Positions 1-11,870 of a stretch of DNA of 64,000 bases are shown here, piece by piece. The stretch's first letter is position 1. Each line of letters starts with the position of its first letter. The stretch is from contig OZ116699.1 in NCBI GenBank assembly GCA_964199315.1, positions 25,544,001-25,608,000 of the forward strand, in the 5' to 3' direction. A model generated the notes under the pieces. It was not told the origin of the DNA. It made no database searches and saw nothing but the letters and a program-made list of their open reading frames with translations. The stretch comes from Orbicella franksi (lineage: Eukaryota). The translations under genes and the position numbers were made by a program.

Positions 1-187
1 GAGACTACTCATTAGCTTTCTTTATAATCGGATCTCACTGATTATCTCCTCCTCTCAAGTAAACACCTCTTGCATCAGTAAACAATTGCATTGTGAATCA
101 TAGTGGACTGTGTTTCGCTCAAGACTTGGAAAAGTAACAGAACAAGGGCATCTTTAACCAGATAAAAATAAGTGATCTATTAAGGTT

Positions 188-3100
188 CTACGACATTTGT
201 TCGCCCTGTACGATATTTTCCCACCGCACAGTGTAGATACCAAAGTATATTCCCAGAAAGATAGTGTACGAAAGAGGAAAGAAGATCCTGGAGTATTTAT
301 CCAAGTAGCAGATTTCCTCTTCGCCTTCTTCAATAGTCTTTCTAATCATCTGAATCATGGAGGGCCTTCTATGAAGCTTTTTCAGCTGCGCGCGGTTTGG
401 CGGCTTCCGTTTAGTCTTTGGCATATTGCTCCGCGGATCTACAATTCTGACGTTTCTTCCGCCACCATTATGCGTGTTGCAGTTGGCCTCCGAATTATCC
501 TCCGTTTTTATTCTACCGTTTTTAAAGTCGTATGTTTTACTACCAACTGACACTGTAACACACACCTAAGAAAGCGATTGATAAAAGTTCAGATTAGTTC
601 CGCTCTCACTTCTACACGCTATAGCCGTCACGTGATGATCTCTCCAACAACGCCAAAGTGATTATTCCTCAATTCGTAACGTTCAGTACGATCAAACCCT
701 TCAAGATATAACGCTTATGTTTTAAAGTATAACCGTGCAGAAAGTGGTTAAAAAAGGGAATTCGACATGCAAGTTTTCTGTTACATCTATTTCCTGGTGA
801 AAAACTCGGCGGTTTTTTATCCAGTGTTTTACCCAACGACAAACCATTTGCTATGGAAATTTAACTCAATTTCATCTGAACAGTTTTACATTTTTTTTTT
901 AGGACTAGCTTAGATGCCAAACAAAACCAGGCGATAAATGGCTCATAATTGACTTAAGCATCCAATAAAAAGATTTACTGGTTTATAACCAGCAAGCTAG
1001 GTGTGCAGTTCCAATTTTATATTCGTCATCTTAAACAGACAGTGCTCTTGTATTGGCACAATACGTAGCTTCTGATATGAGTTAGTGACAAAGCGTGAGC
1101 TCAAGATGGCTGGATATTGGCCAAGTTCTTTTAGCCAATATCTAGACATCTTGACTGAACAAGCTTATATGAAAAAAGGACACTACTTTCTTGCGGGACA
1201 CAGCTGGTAATCCCGAGCGGGCAAGATAGCGCCATCTCGCCTACTCGCGTAGCCAATCACAGCGCAGGATTCGATTCATCTTGCCCATTCACGGAGCTAC
1301 CAGATAATAACTTACCTTCTCGTCCTCTGATTCGGGGAACAGCAACTCAGCCTCGCGCTGCCGATCTCGCGCAATCGTTTCTTTATTTTTCTCATTCTTC
1401 TTTTTCTTTTCCTTTCTAGTCTGTTTCAAGACTAACACGTACTCAATCAGCGTCATGAACACGAATACAAAGGAACCCAACAAAAAATAATCCACAGACT
1501 TGAGATAAGATACGCGAGGCACGCTGTCATTCATTGAGCCCCGCATGAAGCTGATGGTTAGTACCGTGGCTATCCCCAGTCCAACGCGATCAGATCCGTC
1601 CGTCTCGTCAATCCAGAAACTCACCCACGACAGAATGACAACGCAGATACATGGAATGTACATTTGGAAGATATAGTACATTGTTCGACGCCTGAAACGT
1701 ATCGTGGCTGTAAGACCAGCAAATGTCTCTGATGAATAAGAGGAGAAATGCTAGTTCAAAAACGTGGTATAACTTACAAATGTAATTGTTCTTCTTCGTA
1801 TATGTGCAGTAAGGTTCCAAATGTAAGGCCCGACCCATTTCCCAATAACTCTACCCCCGCCCCTTCACACCTCTTTCCGCTAACAAAAAAATTGTAATAA
1901 TAATTCCGTTTATAAGCCTTCTCGCCACCAAAGAACATTGTTCTTTAAATAGAAATAGACAATGAATACATTTTTCAGCCAATTAATGCTCGGCAGACCT
2001 AAACGCCTAACCAGATTGGCTCTGACAATCTACTCACCAGAATGATAAACATTGTGTTTCCCAGCTCTTCTTGCTGTTAAAATATCAAACTGTGCCATTT
2101 CATTGTCATAAATGTAAATGTCGGTTCCTATTGCTTGCTTCCAAGTCAGATTCAGATCCGTGTTTTCGAACGAAACTAGAAAAGTAATCATGTTAAAAAA
2201 AAAAAAAATTGTATAGTATTTTTAGGATCTCGGTGGACTAAACATGACGTAAAAGGAAATAGATGACCACGAAAGGCCTAAATACCAACTTAATTAAGTG
2301 TTGAGCATGTAGGTCGCTTTCAAGCAGCCGTCAATTGCCAGTTTCAAAACAATGGCTTTTCTTAAGAGAGACATTTTTCAGGTAGTACTGAGGAGTTATA
2401 ATGAATACAGAAAATGTGTTGATTGTGTGTGATCTTTGCGTCAATGTAAACTTTAACAACTTACAGCTTTCAAAGGCCAGGTGACAAATCTGATCATCCA
2501 AAGGATAATCTCTCAGGTCCACCCTACAAGAACTTCGAGCGGTATATCTGTGAAACGCGAGAATAGGTCGATGAGGAAAAACAAGCCAACTTTTTGTATC
2601 TTACTTCAAATTTGTCCTCGAGACTGGGTTTTCTAGGGAGATCAAATTATGCTTAAAGATGATTTCCAGTCCGTACTGCGCACTCTCGGGAGTTTGTTTA
2701 CGTTTTTCTGTTTTGAATTGAATAATGCAGCATGTTGCAGCTACTTACATGAGGTAAATTCAAAGTTTCGTGTCAACTGCCATCATGATTACGAAGTAAT
2801 ATATCAAATACGAACGACCGTGTTTGACCACATTTCCAAACACCGAGAGGAGAGTTGAACGTACGAGGCGTAACGGAGTATTTCTGACGAACTTCGAGGT
2901 GTTGGGAAAAGTGGTCAAACACTGTCTTGAGTGTTTGATATATCTTCTCAATCGAAACTAAAACTAAGGAGAAAATGAAGAAATAAAATCGTAGAAATCT
3001 ATGCTAATTGGATCAGATTTCCAAACACTGTCACAGTCATGATTTTCTTTGATTAAACTTGGTGAATTATTAATGAGTTTGAGAAGCGTTATACCTCGTT

Positions 3101-6100
3101 CGTTCCGATATCACCAAGTGAAACAACTTTGTAGCTGTTCAAGTCAAAGAAACTGTTGGAAAAAGAATTTAAAATGCCTCAAAGAGAAGGTAAGCAGTTC
3201 ATAACGAATAACATCGATTCGCATTCCATCGAATGAGACTCTCAAACTTTGGGGTGCTGAGACTGCGCAGTACGGTGGACTGTTTTAAAAGGTAACGACC
3301 GCAAATCATGCCGAATTCTCTTCTGCAAGTGTTACTCAGGGGCATTAGAGAAAACAAACCTGTTTATCTTGGCATTTCGTTGTTCAATTATTATCGTATT
3401 TTGTATCTCACGTACCTCAAAACCAACATTATCGTTCCATTGCCTAGATGCACCCAAGCCTTCTTGTTAACAGCTACCAGCTGATGGATTTTCGTGTCGA
3501 TTGAATTTATAATGAATGTGTCCGGGAGCCAGAGCTTGTTTGTTGCGTCTCCGCTAAGTATTATAGTTTTGTTAAGACCGAATCCTAGTCGAGGATCTCG
3601 CCAGAACTGCCCCATGTATAAGTCAACTGAAAATTCCTAGTGAGAGATTGAACGGTATGACTTTTAAGAATGGATCGAGAAGTGGTCAGTAGCTTAAGTG
3701 AGTGAATCTATCAAAAGCTTTGGCTTCTGTCCATGGCAATGTTTTTTAAGACATTGAATTAATATTCTAGTTGCATTTAGTCTGGAAGTCAAATTAGAAT
3801 CCAAACAACACTAGAACATGGGCAGTTAACCTTGTTAAGACGGCAAATGAGATTACGATACAAAGGGAATCGAATCCACATAATCATGCTTCGAAGCAAT
3901 TAAAAAAAAAATCACAGTTAATGCGTCATTCATACTTTCGACTTGATCATACATCCCTTGATAATGTAAGAACTTTTTAAGAGAAGTGTTGATATATCGA
4001 GTCAGTTACATTCAAAGCAAAGTAAAATAAACAAAAATATCTCAAGCATGTTAAGGCAGCCAATGGCTCCTCCACTGGCAATTTTAGGATTTTAAGAAAT
4101 ATTTAAACGTTGCTTTGCTCTAACAACCACCAAAACTTCAGGAAAAATGCATTTTAGGGTGCTTAAATCTGTGAAAGTTTAACTATTATTGGTCACGTGA
4201 TTTTTGGGCAAGATTTGCAAACTCAAACTAAAAGCAAACCATCGAATCTTGTTTGACTTACCGCGTAGCAACTCCTTCTGTCCTGTATGGAATGACATCT
4301 ATTATTATTAAGAAGCTTTTAAGTAATAAGGCATGTCACGTGACCTACTTTGTATAATATCCTTTTAAATCAAGATCGAGATAATATCCTTTTAAATCAA
4401 GATCGTAGTAGGTACTTGATAAGTACCTCGGCGTGCATCTGGACCCGACACTTAATTTTGAAACTCATTTTCAAAAAATTTACAAGAAGGCAGCAGGAAG
4501 AGTGAACCTCTTACGGCGCATCCGTTCCAGTATTGATACTTTTACTGCCCAACGAATTTACCAATCGATGATTATGCCAATATTTACGTATTGCGGCTAT
4601 ACTAGTCTTGGATGGTCAGAGTCCCGCAAACGCATGATCCGCTCCATTGAGACCCGAAGCCTCGAAATCATTTCCCCAAAATGCAGTTCGCAGAACTGTG
4701 ATCTTCGATTTTTAACTGTTGATAACTTTTTACAAAAAAGAGCGTGCTGCTTTGTATTTGACTGCCTTAATGGAACTGCATGCTTTCCATTTAAAGACTA
4801 TTTTCACCGATTACATCATAATGCTTTAAACACTCGCAACAATGGGAAAACTGCAAAACTACCAACTGTCAGACTGGATTTTTAGGTGCCTCGATTTTTA
4901 ATTTATTGCCTTTAAGTTTAAGAAACATTAATTCTAGAGTTTTATTTAGGAAAGCCTTAGACGATTATTACTTGTAATTTCTATTGTATTTTTAACGGTT
5001 TTTAATATGTATCTTATTTTATATATCTTAATAATTCTTGTTTATTAGTTTTTAATTGTCAGCAGGACCCCGTTGATAACAGTACTTTGTACTGAAGGGT
5101 TATCCTGAGGAAATATTCGATTATTATTATTATTATTATTATTATTAGTCAACCATACGGAGCACATTTATAAAAAGGCTTGTCCTATAATGACAGACAC
5201 ACTGCGTTTGATATTCATAATTCATCCTCTTGACAGCCCATTTTTAACTTTCTTTTTGTTGGGACAAAAAGAAAAAAAACAGACAACAGGTCATATGACC
5301 AAAATTATTTTACACCGTAAGCCATAAATCAGTTAAGGTTAACAGGGCTTATGAAGCTGCAAAGTTTCAAAGTTCTTTTGCTACATTTTCGCACAGCTTT
5401 GAGCGCTTTGAGAATTTATGCAAATTAGGTCTTGAGCCATACCTTAACATGCTTTAGAATAACGTAAATGAGTGGAAAAACATCAAAGAAGCAATGACTA
5501 ACATAAAAAAAAAAAAACCGACAAATAAATAAATAGATAGAAGAGTTTCACCGTGAACGTTAATTCTCTAGGCTTATTTTTCCGAAAATGTAGCTTGTCT
5601 AAAGCCTATGGGTCGATCCTTACCATATTGGTTTCACTTAGTTCTCCAAAGGACAGGATAAGTAAATCCATTTGGACATCTAGTGTCTTAACTACAATAA
5701 AACATCGTAAGTTGTGTTATTAGGATATCGTCGTCTCAAGTCGGGCGGGTTTCATTGAATATAATATTATTTACTTTCCACCTTCAGTTTTCATTCCCAT
5801 CTTTAGTAGGCATTTTTCCTTTTTCATGTCCTTTTATTATGTTGTTGTGCCCTGGTGAAAGGACAAAATGCCTTCTTCCCTGTTTTAGCTAGTTCTTACC
5901 ACACACAATTTCTTAAAAGGTGCCTCGAACGATCGCACGGGACAACACTGTTATAAATTGTCAGAAATATTGTACAATTACGGAGGTTTCAAGCTCAGTG
6001 TTGAAGATTTATGACCTACCGTCATAAAAGGGTCTAATTCGCTTATCATAGGTTTTGAACACGGCATCTAACAGGCGTGACATGTCTTTCCCCGCCAAAG

Positions 6101-7746
6101 TCTCGTTCATGTAATTGTTTTTAAGAACTGGCAAATCGGATTCTTTATTAGACGACGTCTTCACATCCCTGGAAAGAAGCAAGAAAAAGAAAACATGGAT
6201 CGTCTGATTATCGGTACAAGTGACGTAAACTCTGACCTGCTAACAATTGGAATGCTTCAGGTAATGACTGAGAATGACGGATCGGATCATCTCAGGAAAA
6301 CGCCTCAACGCAAGACGCAAGACAGTTGCTAGGAGAATTGCAGACTATCTGGGAGACGTGTACACCTCAGTTATTTCTCCCCAAGACCGTGTTTAAATCA
6401 GCTTGTCTAATCAGAGTTTTTTGGGGTGGAAACCCTTGCACATTGGTAAAAGGAAAGAGAGAAAAAAATAGTCGCCTTTGGAACCTCGAGGCGGGTTCCT
6501 TTGGTTGCTGTTTGAAAGTTAATCTTTCGCACACTTCCATTATTGTCTACTCTTGGGTTTCCCAGGAGTGAAGACAAACTCAGTGGATTAATTCTGATAA
6601 TATAATTTCCTCGGTTCTCAACAAATCTTAAGCTGTTAGGGTCACATGCAAAGCACAGACCTGCCAGCAATGGAGGGGCGAGATTTATAATTGTGAACAT
6701 GTTATAGAGAAATTAAAAATACAAATCAAGGGAACAAATGAGCATATACATACGAGATTTCCACAGCATCTGCCACAGACACGTTCCCAAGAATCATTCG
6801 AGTCAGGTTAGAGTACGGGTGGATACTTCGAACAGTTTTCCTACAAGAAGGATTGTATTCAACATTATTTGCCGACGTACCGATGCAAGATGGTTAGGAG
6901 ATAATTATTCTTTATTTTCGTTTTGTTGCTGTTGCTGTGGTTGTTAAGGTTATGGTGGTGGTGGTGATATGTTGTTGCACTCACACTTTTGAGAACAATT
7001 ATCACTGTCATATTGTCATTATATTCTACATCTTCATACTTTAATTTGGAACACGACCTTTCCATTGTTAATACAGCAAAGGCACGACTTAACTGTAAGG
7101 TTTCATTTAATTGGCTGATGGTTTGTTACACAGAATTGTTTTAGCAAACTGTAGTAATGGAACGCCTTCGCAAATTCTAGTTACTCATGAAGAGACTGGA
7201 GTGTGCTTATATGTATATGGTTGCCGGATTTGATTTGGAGCAAGTTATTATAGCTCTCAGGTTTTCTTCATTGAGTTAAATTTAAAGCTACACTTACAAA
7301 TTGTATACAAATTGCAACCTGGAAAGTGTATTAGGTGTTAGGTTTGAATTGAAAAATTCGTCTTACCTGTGCATAAAATGTACATCATGTTTGGCGGGTT
7401 TGGTTTCGTTCTTCCTCTTGGTATCCGTTAAGGACCTGAAGAAATTTTAAGACGTGTTATACTGACTGCGAGCAGTTGGCAGAACACGCCATCTGCTGTC
7501 AATCTATCTTGCCTCCCAAATTCCTAAGAGGACCCATTTTGTTTGGTCCATTGCAATAATTAGTAGTATTCTTGTTCAAAACTGGATCATCGCATGGATA
7601 ATACAATTCAAGAGTTTTCATTGGCTTAAGCATCATGATACATGAGCAATTATACCATGTCCTACAGATATGGTAAGCGTGCGCGTTTTTATTTTTATTC
7701 CACTGGGGCTTATAGTCATCTCGCCGTCTTGCTGACTATCTATCAT

Positions 7747-7782
<36 letters not shown>

Positions 7783-8337
7783 ACATCCTAGCTTTTGTAT
7801 AACACCGATTAAGTGGTACGTTTGGTCAAAAATGACAGTGAATCTTACACAAAAAAAAATCATTTGTGATTTCGTACTTTCTTGTCAGGTTGCTGTATCG
7901 GCTGAAGGCGTTACTGTCACGGTGCTGTCAGTCAGTTACAACAAACAAAGGCTTTCAGAAGTGCACGAGTGAAAGAATAAAAATGCAAAGTCGTCAAGGT
8001 TTTGTTCAACTTGAAATAGTTTTCACTTGTTCACAGTACAACAACATCTTGCCTAAATCAACACACGGCCATATTTCTGCGAAGAATTTTGCTTAATTGG
8101 AGAATTAACAAGCACACCGATGGAAAATTACTCGAGCATGTTACAAAGATAGAACCGTTTTAGAATGAAAATATTTTTGCCATCAACAATGCTATTTTCT
8201 CTCTAACATTATCCTGAAAAATAGATGCTTAAAAGTGGCACTCGATGAAATCATAGTATTTACCTGCTCTCTGAAATAGATTTCCACAAGTGGATCTGGC
8301 AAAGAATTAAGACAATGATTTGCTGACTGTACCACAT
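188..8337 (-). CDS. Cys-loop ligand-gated ion channel subunit, GABA-A/glycine receptor-like, ~530 aa, 9 coding exons
   Basis: Exons (minus): 8337-8264 (signal peptide MWYSQQIIVLILCQIHLWKSISES), 7435-7367, 6168-6020 (LLDAVFKTYDKRIRPFY), 5691-5624, 3636-3416 (EFSVDLYMGQFWRDPRL..LWLPDTF), 2547-2465 (Cys loop CRVDLRDYPLDDQIC, C-x13-C), 2175-2038, 1728-1316 (M1-M3), 565-188 (M4, TAG). All GT-AG, phases compatible, total 1593 nt. The 68/221/83/138-nt exon sizes match the conserved GABA-A receptor pattern as I recall it. The two N-terminal exons are less certain. Confidence 0.92.
1092..1310. repeat. Interspersed repeat (MITE-like) in the last intron of the Cys-loop gene
   Basis: GC-rich block with repeated gggcaagat/atcttgccc motifs in both orientations; resembles a repeat I recognise from coral genomes; boundaries approximate. 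Confidence 0.4.
2800..3095. repeat. Interspersed repeat with internal inverted repeat
   Basis: gtgtttgaccacatttccaaacacc (~2820-2844) is an imperfect inverted match to ggtgttgggaaaagtggtcaaacac (~2898-2922); intronic; boundaries approximate. Confidence 0.35.
4420..5147 (+). mobile_element. 5'-truncated LINE (CR1/L2-like), antisense in a Cys-loop gene intron
   Basis: ORF 4433-4885 (LGVHLDPTLNFETHFQKIYKKAAGRVNLLRRIR..IYQSMIMPIFTYC) is the post-RT C-terminus typical of CR1/L2 ORF2; AT-rich 3' UTR ends in a (tta)n tail at 5121-5147; a ~25-nt direct duplication (ataatatccttttaaatcaagatcg) lies just 5' at ~4354-4405. Confidence 0.8.
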
Positions 8338-11300
8338 CTTGGAAGGTTGTAAATTAATTCTAAGGCTATAGCCGGTGCAGCTAAATTGGATACAAAAGAA
8401 ATAAACACCGTTAATGAGGCTATAAAGATCCCTTTTTACACTTCATAACTTTCGAGACCCAAAAATGATCTTAATCTACTTTCTCCTCACAATTTCAATG
8501 CAAAGTGCAGCACAGAAGTGAAAAGAGTTGAGGATTTTATCACCAAAGACAAATGGTGTTGATCGGTGAATCATTTCTGGTATTAATTATGAATAAATAT
8601 ATGCTAAATTTAAACAGGGCCCCTATGGATACCAGCCTTTAAGCTGAACGGGCTACCCTGTTTAAAAAAAGTTTACTTTACTACAGAGAAGAGTGGTTAA
8701 ATGTTGATGGTGCAGTGATAACCAAAATAACTTGAAAGCTAGGTCTTGTAAAGCTGTCAGTTCTGCATCATCATACGTCTTGTAAAGTTTAAAAGCCTGA
8801 CTAGACCCAAAGGCACCACGGCCGCTAACAATTACGCCCTCTCTTAGAGCTATCTTCTTTTCGAAACACAGATCAGCTTTGTTTTAATGTGTGACTGGTA
8901 ATTTGTTTTGCACAACTGAGACCAAAAACATAGGCCAACAAAGAAACCTATGGCGGCATGTGTTTATAATAAAGAACTTATTTTTCTCTAGAGCGAAGCA
9001 CAAGCACAGCACCTACGCTTGAAAAACATTCGAATGACAGATGTTCAAACTCCAAAGTATCGGCTTCTTTCTAAAGCGTATCAAGAAAACCGGCTCAACA
9101 TTGATAACAATAGGTATTGTTGTAAGACCTAAAATTGGTCTTATATGGTCATTTTGAACAATGGCGGTATAAGCTTCTAAATGCCCGCGGGAGTTTTTGA
9201 AATTTCCGATTACCGTACGAGCGCGGAATTTAAACGATCGGAAAGACTGAACGGAAGACAAATTCTCCTGAGGGGAAATGGTATTGGTATAATCCTGTCG
9301 GTGCAAATAGTTGCGCTGGGGTGGCTGGTGGGGTGGCGGTTGTACACATGTATTTAAAAGTGAAAGTAAAAGCTGCCGACAAGTAAGGCATCTTTTTGCT
9401 TTAAAATTGCTCTAACCTGGTAGACTCACCACGCGTGGAAGTGAAAGTGAAGTTCGCATTTGGCTAGATTGCGAACAGGCTCTCTTTCGCTCGTAAACCC
9501 ATAAGATCAGTGTAGGATGAACGCGAAAAGAGCGAGCGTGATAATCGAGCGGCAAAGCCGCTCGCTTCGTGCTCCCGCTGTTTCCGCGTTCGACCCACGG
9601 ATTGAAAAGCAGGAGGAGAGACTGCTTTCAGTCGAGCATTCGGCCAGAGATTAATAGCTCTTAACAGCGCTTCGAAGCTCGCGCGTCTTTCCTCCCCGAC
9701 CGATTGATGTCCACAGCGATTTCTAGCGGAAAGAAATCAGGGAAAAAATAATTAAAATTACAGACGCGATGTTTTGGGTAGCGTTTCTCTGCTCTTTAAT
9801 AATTTTCCCTTTACTCTCAACGTATTTTTTTGTGAATCATGACTCCGCCGTTCTAGATTTGTTTACTAAAATTGAGTTCATTCAAATGCCGCGCTTCATT
9901 CATCAGGTTAAGTGTTCTTGTGCTGTTTCCGAAATAAGAAATAATGTTTATGAGCTGTTATTTTTCTCACATCTAATGATCAGAAACCAATATAATTACG
10001 GACAAAATACAACACCCTGCTCGGGTGTAGGTGTGTGTCAGTTCTTTTTATGTAAATGTGCGATTTTCCAGTTACGCACTGAATTCATGATGAATGTGGT
10101 CAGTAATTAAATGAGTTTGACATGTCGTGTCTTCCTCGGATAAGGTCTCAGAAATGAGTGGTTAACTCAAACAAGCCTTTCCTCATTAAGTGCTAATTAG
10201 CAAAGTGCACACTGAAAGTGTGCCAATGGGGTAGAGTTAGATTATGCACAATGATTCTTATTTTCCTTAACCACTTGTCAGCGTTTTTATAAAACAGCTC
10301 GTGCTAACCAGTATCAAAGCTTTAATTATCAAAATGTGTGTGTTGAAATTGCACATAGTACACATTGCCATCATGCCAGTGACGGTAGACAATGACACTG
10401 TTATTTCCCTGACCGCTTATCAGGGTTCAGTTTATAACACTGGTCTTGCAGATCCTATAATGTTTTATAATATACGATAAATAAATATTCACTTTAGAAA
10501 ATGCATGCTATAAGTAAAAGGTTCTTATTGGCAAACGATAAAATGAGACAAAAGAATTTGGTAAGGTGTAAAGGTCAATAAAGGAAGACTTATCTGGATT
10601 GAACCGGTCTGTTTAAAGATGGGAAGAGAGACATTCGATAAAATGCGTTCCAAACTCAATTATGTTCAATTTCAATAAATTAAAGTAAAATGCTCTTTGC
10701 TGTTTTGTTTGTTCGTTTCTTGTTTTGTCACAAAACCTTAATTTGTCATCGCCAATTAACAATGGTACATTGATACCTGCTATTACAAATATGCTATTTA
10801 TGATACTTTTGTTAGGTTAGTACATGTGTTCACTATTGTATAAAACTCTCACGTTAATTTGGGTTAGTATATTTTTATCCCTTTTAAGCTCCTGCCATAC
10901 CACTTCACTCTCTCTTGATAGGCATCATCACGGCCTTTCCAGGTCTTTCCAGAATAGTGCATGTTGTTGTAACTGTAAGTTCATTTAAGAGCTTAGATAA
11001 ATTACTCCTTATGATGAAAGAATTAATTCACAAGCTTGGAAGTGACATTCATGAGACGAATTCCCGCGTATTTATGCTTTTTGATTATCTATGAGCTGCC
11101 TCAACATAGTGCCTGTAAGATCTCTGATTACGGTGAAAGAAGTTTCGGGGCAGCAAAGTTCAATTCGAATCCCCCTCCCCCTGACACTGCTCATGTTGCC
11201 CTTTCTGGGATATCGTGGAATAACCACTTGAACTTGCACAAATAAAGTCATATAATCCGACGTTGCAAAGCTGCATACCACAGGTATGACACTTTCAGTT

Positions 11301-11631
11301 CGCGAGTCTTTTGCACGACTTACACTAAAGTGCTCGCCGCATGCCTGCAGAGTCTCTTTTAAACAGCGCGATTTATCTTGCGTAACATCCGCGCGCTAAC
11401 AAGGAACAATTACTTACGGTTTTGTTGTACCTCACCACAAACAGCATAAAGAATATATTACTGGCACAAGACAATCAAGGACAGACCGTTCTATTGGGTT
11501 TATGATCAAGCACAACGTCTGAGATAGTTCAGAGACTCGCCTTGTCGCATCATTCGTAGCACTTAAGAAAACATGTCTTTCAAATTTGTGCCCCTCCCCA
11601 GTACCAAGCATGCTTTTTTCTTTATCACTGT

Positions 11632-11870
11632 TTACATTACACCATACGTGTTACGTACAGCCGCCGTATCGCGGAAACAATCGTTTCGAAAAAGCCGATA
11701 TTCAAAATGATGACCTGTCTTATCGCTCAGACAATCAACCAAGAACGCACCTTTATCTTCACTTTCGCGATCTGTTTTTTCAAGGCATACAGGAATCTGG
11801 CAAATGCCTTCGACAAACTCACAGTACGAGGTTCTTGTTGTCTCATACGTACTGCTGGCAACTATTTCCT
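11632..11870 (-). CDS. Possible exon of an unidentified gene
   Basis: After a tttttatacAG acceptor, a 78-codon stop-free frame (EIVASSTYETTRTSYCEFVEGICQIPVCLEKTDRESEDKGAFLVDCLSDKTGHHFEYRLFRNDCF..) looks protein-like, but I could not join it to phase-compatible neighbouring exons. Confidence 0.25.

Noticed and set aside
197-550. 117-aa plus-strand ORF
   Set aside because: Antisense shadow of the last Cys-loop exon; no recognisable motifs
6407-6700. 97-aa ORF as a further Cys-loop exon
   Set aside because: It has a phase-2 acceptor at 6593, but I found no phase-2 donor before the stop; the gene splices cleanly without it
9769-10110. Plus-strand ORF with a hydrophobic start and a donor-like AG|GTTAAG at 9906
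   Set aside because: No convincing downstream exons or homology; left unannotated
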